In this document: positions 24,501-35,996 of the stretch, piece after piece
Position numbering within the stretch: position 1 is the stretch's first letter
Layout of the letters: the number at the start of each line of letters is the position of its first letter
Assembly: GCF_036321535.1 (NCBI RefSeq)
Contig: NC_087436.1
Span: forward strand, 52,082,001 to 52,146,000
Length of the DNA stretch: 64,000 nucleotides
Direction of reading: 5' to 3'
Origin: Camelus dromedarius
Taxonomy: Eukaryota
Notes under the pieces: model-generated
What the model was told of the DNA's origin: nothing
Databases searched by the model: none
What the model saw: the letters and a program-made list of their open reading frames with translations, nothing else
Made by a program: the position numbers and the translations under genes

Positions 24501-27500
24501 ACTAAGGTCTGTCAGGAGGAATACACATATACAAAACTCACAAACAGCACTTCTGAGACTGAGCAGTTGAGCTTCATAGACCGTGTTCTTAACCATTACA
24601 CTCTACTGCCTCTCAGCCAGGAAGAAATAGCACGTCCAGGAAAGTGCCAGAACTGAAAGGGTACTGTGGCCACAGCTACCAGACAGTTTTAAAATTTAAA
24701 AAGCTCCAGGAATACAGGTTTGGAAGGCGCAAGATGAGAAGGCTAAGGCATAGATCTGTAACCCCCACATCTGGTTCCCAAAATGAGAGTCCAGCTTTCA
24801 GGGTCTTGGAGGGGGTTCGTGGAATTTGAAACTTGGCAGCAGTATTTCAAAAACTGAAGAGAACAATCTTATTTATCAATAAATACGCATAAGTACATAC
24901 GTTATCAAATTTGTTTATATTTAGCTGAAATCTCATAATTCATCCAGTCCTCTTGATTGCCTGGTGATGACAATCAAGGGTTCGTGAACTACATACTGTA
25001 AATAAATCCACGTATCAAGTAACCAGTAGTTGAACCATTCAAACCTAGACACAGAACAGAGTGAGGACTAAATTTAACTACATAACGCTGTAAGCACTGT
25101 ACATACTCACTCATTGTTATGATCTATAGGTGTCACAGCCATGACTGTGACTAATTTCATGCTATTATGAATCTTTAATGGTTAGGCATCTTGTTAAAAT
25201 CAGGTTTGGTGCTGAAATGGAAAAGTAGTGATAATAGATGGAACAAATACATTCTTATTCAATAAATTAAGTTCTTCCAGTAAACAAAATAAAAAATAAT
25301 CTCAGTGGTGAGAATACTCATCTTTACAATGGAAAAAATGGTTCAGTATTTAATTTTTCTATTGATTGGGATACACTGTAGGTATACCATAGTTCTGTGT
25401 ATGCTTGGTCATGCTATAAAATAGTTTTAAAATGCAGACTATTCTAGTTTCTTTCCATCTAAGCATAGTTATAAACCGAGTTTTAAGGGAGTCATGAAGT
25501 ATTTATATTTAGTACTGAATTGTTTTGATTTTATTATCTTTCCTAATCTACAGTGTATTCCATTCTTGTTTTTTCAATTGTTATGTTACTTTTCTCATTA
25601 ACACTGGCTAAATGTTTGTTTATATTTTAAAATAGCATCATAAATATAAAGGAAGTGTTTGAAATTCTTGTTATTAATCTATACTAGTGCTATTATTGTT
25701 TGTATTTAATTTCATAGTGTTATTTTTTTCTTTTAAAATCCTTGAAATGTCAGCATTAAGAAAATTTTAATTTGATTTAGAGATATTTCATTATTGTTTT
25801 ATACTATCAAACTGTGTGCTCTATTAAAGAATTTATATTTTTTGTTTTATAAATTACCTAATACATGTTTAACATTTGAAAAATAATATTCATTGTAAGG
25901 AAAATATTAATTGTTTTGAAGTGTTCCTCTTTGGTGAATTAGACCCCTGTTATTTTTTTCTGGGTTAATTTATTTAACAGTTGATGAAGATTTCTAGATG
26001 TATGGTGAATGCTGTAATAAAGCTCACTTGTATCTCAGTAATTGCCTGCTTTCCGAAGTTGACACATTCTGCTAATGAACCACACATATTCTGGCTGGGT
26101 GGTTTGTACTTGAACTTATCCACTCAAGTTACGTAAGCCTGAATTATCAATGTGGGGAAACAGATATGTACTTGTGGTCCCTACTGTGTTTAACCTCTAA
26201 CAAAACCTCTAAATGCAAGATCGTTCTCTGCAAAATTGCAGATTTTGGAAAAGAAAAAGCTGTAGCAGATAAAGGATTCAAAAACCAAACCAATAAATTC
26301 AGTAAGTTAATCCCCTCATGCTGAGAATTAGCCATAATGTTAGTTCCTTAACATTAGAAATTTTATTGTCTTGGGAAAATGTGGCTATTACGGAAAAAAA
26401 ATACTGGGTTGAAGTAAATGAAGCTGAAAGTAGAGTGGAACTCTAATGGTGAAAATTGCTTAGCAATTCAGTAATGTCTTTTCTGAAAGACAAATTACAA
26501 TCTGTTAGTTTAGCGTGAACTGGAAAATCTTGTAGAGGAAGTTATTCTACTTCATGCAAGTCTTCCAAGATGATAAAAGTCAGTCTTTTGGAGGAACTAA
26601 AAGGCCTTTATAGAAAATTAATAGTGAGTCAAGAATTAAAAGCACTTGACTTCTAAATCATGGTATTGTTGCAATTGTGAAATACTGGTCCATCAAAAAT
26701 CTATTTTCTTCTGCAGTTTGTTTGACTGATTTTTTTGTTGTTGTTGATCTGTTTGTTTTTGAAAACTTACTCCTCTGTCCCCTGGCACTCTAATTTCTAG
26801 AAACGTTTTTAATCTGGAATTCTATGACATTATAAAGTTTTTGCTTAATATCAGTCAAAAGTTGACCCAATGATGTTCTTTGATGATTTCTTTCTATCTA
26901 GGCAAGTAGACAGGGCCAAATGTGTATAAGTTTGAGCATTAATTCAACGCTATTCTATATAGTCTTATGTGAAAGTATATATTTTATTTTACATTTGTTG
27001 ATATGCCTTCCACTCAGGGTGACAGCTTTATCAGAGTTCTTTTCAAGCTACCAACTGTATAGCGATTACACTGGGACTTCATCCTAATATGTTCGGTACT
27101 GTCTATTCTTTACATTTTCTAATGTAGCAATTTAGTGGCCAATGTGAATTTTAAAACAATGGAATTCTTTGGAAAATGATTAAATTATAATATGGGTATA
27201 CTTACTTGCAGAGTCACTGAATTAAACATGCATACTTGATTACATATACTATACGCATTGTTGTTGTTTTGAACACCTGTCCTCTCTCAACAGAGAGTTA
27301 CCGCCGTTTCTGGCAGTCAGGAGATGCACGGCATAGGCTTGTTCCCAGTTGTGATTATCTTTCCAACTTGTCTTCCGTCCTCAGACGTTATTTTCTCAAG
27401 GGGCTGTCTGTCCTCAGTGTGCTAGCCATTGTCTTCTCTCCTTAGCAGTGTGCCAGGGACTCTTAGACTCGCCCTGTGACTGCTTCATTGTCCAGTCGGT

Positions 27501-27677
27501 CGATCCCAAGAGCTTTCTCAGCTAACTACAAAGAACCCCTTGTTACTGCCCCTGCTATTTATTGCTGTTTCTCTTTAGCACCACTTAGCTGTAATCTTAC
27601 AGTGAGTAACGTCTCGAACTTGTTTAATGACTCCCTAATTGCTGCACTGACCACTAATCTCCAAATAATTCCTTCTC

Positions 27678-27762
27678 CACACACACACACACACTATTTA
27701 TATTTATATTTATATTTATATTTATATTTATATTTATATTTATATTTATATTTATATTTATA
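27678..27762. repeat. (CA)8 followed by a perfect (TATTTA)11 hexamer repeat
   Basis: Read directly from the sequence; produces the YLYLYL run in ORF 27476..27763. Confidence 0.95.
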
Positions 27763-29469
27763 ACTTAAACCCCCTAAGTTTGTGATCTCAAAAGTTAGTA
27801 ACTAGCTCTCTAGCATTAATATTAGAAATAAAAGTTATTTTCTTTCCTAAGAAATAAAGACAAATCCTTTCTGTATGTTATTTTCTGTTTCCCTCATCAA
27901 AATTCTGTCTTCCTCTTCAGAAGACTTAGATCAAAAGTTGTTGGCACCACTCATGTGTGAGAATCATTTCCAATAAATTTTTATTTACCGTGGGTTTAAG
28001 AGGCCCTGAGCGGTGGCCGGGGAAAGCAATATTAAAAGGCAATTACTCAAAAGTAATGGTTTGCCTAGGAATTACTTAGTAGTTGGTTATTTAGGCATAA
28101 TTTATGTATTTCCTGATAGTAGAAGAGAGAAAAGTAATAAATGTGAGCATCGCAAGTTGTTGGTCCCTCTTGCATCATTTGGTTGTATTGAGGATGTTGG
28201 AACAGCCACATTCAAAACCACTTGGTCACCTCGCTTAGAGAAAGAAAGAAGATAATGACAATCTCACCACTTTCTCAACAAAGAGATTTGACTTCTCAGT
28301 GTAACTGGTAGTTCTTGCTTGTCCAATATGAAAACAGATGGAGGGACTGCATCTCACTGGGAAAATAACCAGCATGTGGTAGCACAGCAGGGCGCTAATG
28401 GATGAGGGTAGTAGCCATGGTCCAGGAAAAACCCTTGTGTTTTATTTCGCTATCTTTGATGTATTGATTTCATTAAATGCCACAACTATACATTCTGATG
28501 GAAATACGTACAATTCTGGTAATAATCATTTTTTTCATGTTCATCCAGATGGATGGATATTTTCATAGAGACTAGGAGTGCTTTTATTACCCATACTGTG
28601 CTCCTGTGTTTTTGGTGCTTTTTCAATATCATAGGTCTTTCAGAGCTGGCTCCTTGTTGAGTACCCTGCCCACCAGCAGTGTTCCATTGGGAATAAGAAA
28701 CAGATCATGGGAAGCCGGGGAATGTGGGAAGCAGGGGTATGTTGGTGAAGAATGAGCTTGCCTTGAAAGTATAATAGAGCTTGTCAAAGCCTAATTCTTC
28801 TAGAAATGCTGTTGAAACCAGGTGATATTGGAGATGAAAGGATCTCGCCTCATGGGGAGCTGGAGGCTGGGAGCAACCAAGCCAATGGTTTGCCTCGTTA
28901 GCTGGCCCTTGTACTTGATTCTCTTTGGACACCAGTGTCTTTGGTATCCAAGAGGATGGAAGGTGGGGGCCATGGCGTCACACAGTGTGAAGGTTACCTG
29001 GCTGTACTTTTCTCTTACCATCTCACAGAGGTAGCCTTCCTTCTATGTGATGCCCTGACCCCACCCTCCATCCTCTTGGGTACCTAAATGTGGGTACCTC
29101 AATGTGGTGATCACTTTCTCCCTGATGTTTAATATCAAAATAGTGAATGTTCCCAAATATCAGGACTTTGGAATAAATCCTTTATCTGAAAGCTGAAGTG
29201 CACAAGGTCTGAGCAATAGCCACATCCAACTGTACAAATAAATTTTCTCTTTATCACTTTTCTTAGATTCATCCCTCTCTGCTAGACTCTATCAAACAAT
29301 CACTTCAATATTATCCTTTCAAATGTGGGAAATTCTCATCTCACACCAACCTGAAATTAGCATCAAAAGAAGTTGCCTTTCTAATGTGTATCTCCCCCAC
29401 ACATGACCCCTGTGGAATGAGAGCTGAGTGTGCTAAGACAGGGTCAAAAGCATAGGTCTGTTTAGTTGT

Positions 29470-29610
29470 ACTGACCAGATACAAATCATCTAAGAGCTTG
29501 TTATAAATATACCTCTCTGTGAATTCTGATTCAGGACCCAGGAATCTGTAGTTACAAAACCTCCCCAAGTGTTTCTGATGTAGAACCAGGTAAAGAAACC
29601 ACCATGAGAT
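29470..29610. mobile_element. MER5-like hAT relic
   Basis: 'aattctgattcaggacccaggaatctgtagttacaaaacctccccaagtgtttctgatg'. Confidence 0.6.
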
Positions 29611-29834
29611 GCACAGAGGTCCCACATTCTACCTATCTTGCCATGTGCTATTTCAAAAGCTCTAGAGAAGTACCATCTCAGACAAGTTGAATACCTTCAG
29701 TTTCACCAGAACAAACCCACAGACCTGTGTCCAGCTCTGTCAGTCCCAAGGGCATCTTAGAATCTTGACTTCTTAGTTAATGGATTTCCAAGTTAAGCAC
29801 AGCACAGGCTCAGGGAAAGCATCCTAGGATGGCA

Positions 29835-30240
29835 CATTTCTCGTGCACCTACTGGGTGGAGGCGCTGTTCTCCACACGGGGGTTACAGCGAACCAGACTG
29901 ACAGCTTCACACAGGCTCTATGCCTCATACAGGTTATAGTCCAATGGGAAGAATCAGGGGAGAAACAAGCATGCTAATGAATCATCTAGATAATTCCTGA
30001 TCATAAATACTGTGAAGTGATACAAGTTGATGGGAAGTCAACGGGAAGAAGGGTGATTTTGGAGAGAGGTAGCTCCTTTATGTAGAGTGGTCAAGAAAGA
30101 CCTCCTCACACTAGTGACGTGTAGGTGAGACGAATTGGAGGAAAAGGAGTCAACCTGTGAAAATACAAGGAAGAAAGAAACTGCTTATTCAAAACAGAGA
30201 AGACTGGTGTCTAGTGAACAAGAAGGGAAATAGAATGGTG
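29835..30240 (-). mobile_element. L2 LINE fragment
   Basis: 'gtgcacctactgggtggaggcgctgttct...agagtggtcaagaaagacctcct'. Confidence 0.55.
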
Positions 30241-30366
30241 ACTAAATAAATGATAAATGATAAAAAAAAAAAAGATAAATAGCTTTATCTTAAACTGATC
30301 AGGGAACTCCTTAAACCTCCTAATAAGATATCTCCATTTTTCAGGTATATATATATTTGAGTTACT

Positions 30367-30443
30367 GAAAACTAGACAGCAGCATGTAAATCAATGAAGC
30401 TAGAACACTCCCTTACACCATCCACAAAAATAAACTCAAAATG
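30367..30443 (+). mobile_element. Isolated internal L1 ORF2 fragment
   Basis: Translates as EN*TAACKSMKLEHSLTPSTKINSK, similar to the L1 ORF2p segment ENW...LTPYTKINS.W. Confidence 0.8.
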
Positions 30444-31189
30444 TTTCCTTTTGTTGGACTTTTAATATTTTTTATGATTACATGTACAAGTCGCTTTCCC
30501 TTTCTGACACTATCATAAGCGATCCTTACTATAAAAGTATGATTTGAATTGTGTGGCTGTTCTAAGGTAAAGTTAGTGATAATGTGGCTGTCATACAGGT
30601 ATCAGATTTTAGGGTATTTAGTTTTCCATGCCAGGTTTACAGCAGTTGCTCTCTGCTGTTTTAACTATCATCAAGCCAAGGTCCAGTAATTGTGCTGATC
30701 TTGTCAATCATTGAGATTATCTCTTATCACAAAGTTAGGCCAGAAAGAAAAGCTTACTTTTCAGTTTTTATAAAATTGCATTCATGAAAATGTACTTTTG
30801 TACTCCAACAAAAGAAATCCTTAATATTTGCATTGTCTAGAGCCCATTTATTTATAAAATTTTGTCATTCTGTTCAGATTACATTGCAGTTGTATGTCAG
30901 TTGCTAAAATCACTTAATTCCTAACCCATGGTCCACAACCTGAATTAATGTCTTTCTACTTGTCTTTGACATGGAGATATAAAAATTACTGATCCTTGAA
31001 TTTTTAGCCATAGCCAGGAATTGAAACGGAGGAATCAAAATAGAAAGAGAGGCTGGGAGGGGAAGAAAGGTGAAGAAGACACTCCAGAAGATGCTCTGGT
31101 CCTCCCTTCCCCAGACCCAAGCACAAGCATCCCATTCTTTCTGGGACCTTGCTATTTTAGATGCAACTATTTTGAAATGAAATGCCACT

Positions 31190-31460
31190 TTGACATATCA
31201 TTTATTAGGTTCATATCAGGTTCCAGGAACTCTTCTAATACCATTACATGATTGATACCTTTAAGTCTCACAATAGCCCAGTAAGGTAAGGTACCTGTGT
31301 CACCCCATTTTATAGATGAATACACTGAGGCTCAAAGGAGTTGAGTAACTTATCCAAAGTCACTCAGGTAGTAAGTAGCACTGGAACCTAGTAAGTAGCA
31401 CTGGAACCTGACTGTCTGGCTCCAGAGTCTGGGCCATTAAATGCTGTGCCACACTGCCTC
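31190..31460 (-). mobile_element. MIR SINE relic with an internal 20-bp tandem duplication
   Basis: 'ccccattttatagatgaatacactgaggctcaaagg...gactgtctggctccagagtc'. Confidence 0.8.
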
Positions 31461-33179
31461 TAATGGCTTTGATACTACCACTTTGACTTGGGGGCCCCTT
31501 AATAGTAGCCTAAAAATATGATTATTACATTTGCCACTATAATACAAATTTCCAAATAATGCTTGACTCCTCCATCCTACCCCATCATCTGGTTTCATGT
31601 TTTACCTGAGCCTTACCCCATGATTGACCCTTGTTCCTCTGATAGATGAGAGAGGGCCAGCGGCAAAAATTCATGGTCACAGGCATTCACATTTAAACGC
31701 TCTGCTTCATACTTTCTTTCCGTGAAATTCCTTCCTTCAACTTCTGAACATAATGAAGGGCATGTGAAGAAAGGCTTAGTTTCCAGCCAAACCTTCTTTA
31801 TTTGTGATTCCTGGTTTTGAAATATACACATGACAGGTGTAAAACTTCCTACAATTTGAGAGAAACTTGTGATAAGTAAGCTATACCAACCATAATTTCC
31901 AAGAATAAATCAAGGTGAATTATCTTATTACTTACTAACTAATAAGCTTTATCCTTGCCTTTTTAAAATGTGGTCATGCATGATGGGCTAATTCAGTCTT
32001 TTAAGTGGATTTCTTATTAGTTTTATTGTTATTAGCCCATGTTAGTTTTAAGAATTGTTTTATTATCTACTTAATTTTTAGTTTTTCTGTTACTTTTTTT
32101 ATTTACATCAGTTTTTGCAGTTCTAAATGCAGGAATGCAAGTCTCCTCCAAAGTGGGTACTGGCATCTGTGCCCAGCAGTGTTTGAACCACGACACTTGT
32201 TGCTCTTTCTTTCTTTCCCTTTGGTTAAAATATTACAAGAAAGTACATGGTATGTCTCTCAAAAACCAAATTCCTCACTAATCCAGGGTAAGGACCCATT
32301 TGCAAAATAGTCAACTGAGGAATAAAAAAAATTATTTATAAGCTATCTTCTAATGTGATAGTATCTCAAAAGTGGAAGGATACATTTCTGAGATTTCTCC
32401 AGTGTATCTCTTGCTTGTGAGAGGGAATAAGCTGTGGGGTTGGAACCCACGAAAGAATACATTAGCGGTTACAGCTCCTTGTAATTTATATCCCTTTTGA
32501 TAGGTTTTTAAGGCTTTCAGGTGCAGACATTCTGTAATAGAGTCCATCTATCCCTCTGGGTCCTTACTAGCTGTTTCTTGATGGTAAAAATAGGAATTTA
32601 TATGACATTTTTATTCATCCATTGTCTTACAGTTTTTTCACCAATAAATTCCTTTGACTTATTCTCCATTCTATCAATTTTCATCAGATAAAGGAATGAA
32701 GTTTAAAACATTTCCATACCTTGCTTGTGATTGCAGCATAGAGTATGTTGAGAGAGCATCCTTGACCTCCTGATTTCTTGTTCTCTGATTCGTTCATTCT
32801 GTGAACCTCTTCGTGTTCAAGAAACAGCCACATCACACTCATCATTCAAACACAAAACTGTTTAAAATATTAAGTATATATACATACACATATGTAAGCT
32901 ATATAAAAAAATCAAAGATATAACATGATGGTTATATCAGCAAAAATCTTTCAATTAGGCAAATCTGAGTGGAAACTCTGGATCATTCATTGTTAGCGGT
33001 GATCTTGCCTGGCCACATAACCATAATGGAGTTAATTATTTTTTTAGGGCTTTAAAAGTAGTAAATGAAATAGTAAATATTGAATATGTGGTTTTTAAAA
33101 AGAGAGATACGTAGCTCTTAAGAATTTTGGTTTAAAAGAAGTGAGAAAGTTAAGAAATATCAATTCCAGTAATTTTTGT

Positions 33180-33371
33180 ACTGTTTTACAGGATTTTTTT
33201 CATTTCACAATTATTTTTAAAATTTTAGCATCTGGTATTAGAATACATCTTATAAAAAGCTCTTTTATAACACAAATTTAAATTTAATTGGAGTTATTTT
33301 CTTTCTTACTGGTACATAAAATAATGATGTGTTTTATAATTGATGGTATTTTACATTTCAGTGAAATATGG
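33180..33371 (+). mobile_element. MER104-like Tc2 MITE relic
   Basis: 'ttctttcttactggtacataaaataatgatgtgttttataattgatggtattttacatttcagtgaaatatgg' resembles the MER104 3' half. Confidence 0.65.
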
Positions 33372-33399
33372 TTTTTATACTGTGTATTGGCATTTCTTT

Positions 33400-33620
33400 T
33401 TGTTTAGGAGGCAATCACATGTAGTAGATATATATTCAGACTTCAGAATATAGATTATGTCAAATACCTAAGCCTCTCTTTGCCTCATCTCTTCTCTGTG
33501 GAAGGAAAACCTATGCCATGACATTGTTGGTATTAAATTACAAAATGTGTATAAATTTCTTAGCACAGTGTCTGGTGTAGAATTATTCATTGCACAGCAA
33601 GTAATAGCCATTATTTTTAT
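33400..33620 (+). mobile_element. MIR SINE relic
   Basis: 'gcctctctttgcctcatctc...ttcttagcacagtgtctggt'. Confidence 0.5.
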
Positions 33621-33836
33621 TGTTTTCTTTATTTTTTCCCTTAATCTGTGAATTGATAGACCTGAATGCTGAAGCCAGGTCTGCCACAAGTTAACTTTGT
33701 AATCTCTGTCTCACTTTCTTGTTTTCGCTAGATGAACTCTAAATTCCTTCTGACTCTAGAAGTCTGTAATTTTACTATCTAATTCAGAGTCTTAACATAA
33801 TGCGACCATAAAACGAATTTTCTTTGTTCCTTTCAG

Positions 33837-33961
33837 TTTGTGGGGACATACATGGACAATTCTTCGACTTGATGAAGCTCTTTGAAGTGGGGGGATCTCC
33901 TGCCAACACTCGCTACCTCTTCTTAGGGGACTATGTTGACAGAGGGTACTTCAGTATCGAA
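33837..33961 (+). CDS. PPP3CA: Calcineurin A alpha (serine/threonine phosphatase 2B catalytic subunit), exon 3
   Basis: tttcag| acceptor and |gtaagt donor; 125 nt. Encodes (V)[41 protein letters not shown], with the GDxHG and GDxVDRG motifs of PPP phosphatases. Confidence 0.98.
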
Positions 33962-35544
33962 GTAAGTTTGCATCTTTTCTTCTTAGCTGCTCAGTAATTG
34001 ATCAGCAATATCTTAGCAAAATGAAAGTGGTAAATATTACTGCCTTAAGCAAATCCCTGGTCTTTAACAGTGAACTTTAAAGCATACAATTTGGGGGATA
34101 TTATATATTCTGTTTCCAGTTGATTCCTATATGCTTTATATTGCATAGAAATGCCAAGGAAATGACTAATAGTGAGATTTTACCTTTTGTACTTTGCAAC
34201 TTTTTACAAAAATTGCATCATATTTTACATTAGATAATTCTGTCTCCTGTGGTGAGAACTAATCAAAGTTGATAAAATAAGGAGGAATGTGTTTGCATGG
34301 TTATATCTTATAATTGTGAGACAATCAGTCATTTTTATAAACTGATAATCAAGTGCAAGTGTGTGTCTGCCTGCATTTGTGTGTGTATGTGTGAGTCCAC
34401 TTACAGCTGCTGTATTTTGTCTTTTTTGGCACCTGTCATCTAACTAGGGTAATTTGTCAAAAGCTTTAATTAAAAAAAAAACAACAGATAACCTTTGAGT
34501 AGAGGTTCTTCCTCAGCTCCCCAGCTGCATCTGCTTCAGGTAAGTAGAAATTACATGCAAAATAAAGGCAAGGATCTCGTTTAATTCATGTGTTTGTTCT
34601 TCCTGGTGCTTAACGTGGTGTCTCATACATAGAAAGGGCTTATTAAATATTTATTTATAAAAATGTTTGAAATAAGAATACATTTTAAAGAATCAGAGCT
34701 CATACTATAGTAGCTGACATTATATATATGCTCTTGGAAAAATGCATTAAAAAGGAAAACAATTATTCTTAATTAAAAAGAGAAATCAAATATACTGAAG
34801 TCTCACACCAATGTCATATATTCATAATGATCATTTATAGAAGAGATTCTAGGTTGTTAAATTTTCATCATAATAATTATTTATTATAGGAATATTTAAT
34901 GTTGAAAAACATGTCACTCCTAAATGGCTTTTGTTTTTAAACTATTACACCAACTTTTTTTTGGTTATTCAACTCACCTCCATTCACTGACTATGTATAT
35001 TTGACTATAAATATATCCACATATTTCTTCATTATTAATGGTTGGAGAGAGAGCGGGGATTGTGTTGGTATATAAGCCCAAAAAAAGAAAGTACATTTTA
35101 GGTATTTCTTCCATTTAGTAAATAATGTATTATCAAGCATATAACATGTACATGCACTGTAATTTGGAAAATTTAAAGAAATGCACATCTTTGCTCTCTA
35201 GAAACCTAAACCTATGTAGGGAAATATAAAAAGCTTCATAGAATCAGAAGCCTAGGATAGGTAGTCATCCAGGATTCAACTATTATTTGAACTGATTATT
35301 GAAATCTTGGAATAAAAGAGGTGCAGAAAATAATTACCATTGGGATATAGAAAAGTGGGAGAAATTCGAGAGCTTTCATGGCTGGGGTTAGAAACAAGGA
35401 ACAAGTAAGATTTAGCCTGGAGAGAAATTAAAGTGAAAAACATACAGAGAAAGAAACTAGTAAACCTTGTAAATCTCATTCATGGCCTAACTTGACCAGC
35501 TTGGCAGGGAAGTGTGACTGAGTACAAATTTTGTTAAGACCTTT

Positions 35545-35996
35545 GTATCACATTAGGGCCAGTATCTGCCAAGAGTAAGAGGAAAAGGAAAAGAAAAAAA
35601 CTGACATAATGGTGGTTTGAACAAGATAGAAGTTTATTTCTCTCTCTAGTAAAAGCCTACAGTTGGGCGGACCATGGCTGGCGTCACTCAGCGTGGTGCC
35701 AGGGCCCAGACCCTGCCTTATTGATCCGATGTGCATGACCTTATTTCAAAATCAACCTTATAACGCAAGACAGCTACACCAGCTTCAGCTCTCATGCCCC
35801 CACAATACATTCAACTAGAAGGAAAAGGAGAAAGTAAAGCATATGTCCTCTCATTTAAGGATGTTTCCAAGAGGTGGAACAATCACTTCCCCTGGGCCAG
35901 AATTTGTTGGTATGGCCATGGGTGATTTCAGTGCACAGCCAGACTTGGGAAAGGCTGCAACAGACAGAAAACAGCAATGGGAGATAGTTTCTGCCA
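35545..35996 (-). mobile_element. Old MaLR LTR (MLT1J-like)
   Basis: 'ataatggtggtttgaacaagatagaagtttatttctctctc' and a 'tctgccac' terminus typical of old MLT1 subfamilies. Confidence 0.6.

Noticed and set aside
27476..27763. ORF ending in HTHTH-YLYLYL
   Set aside because: Microsatellite translation.
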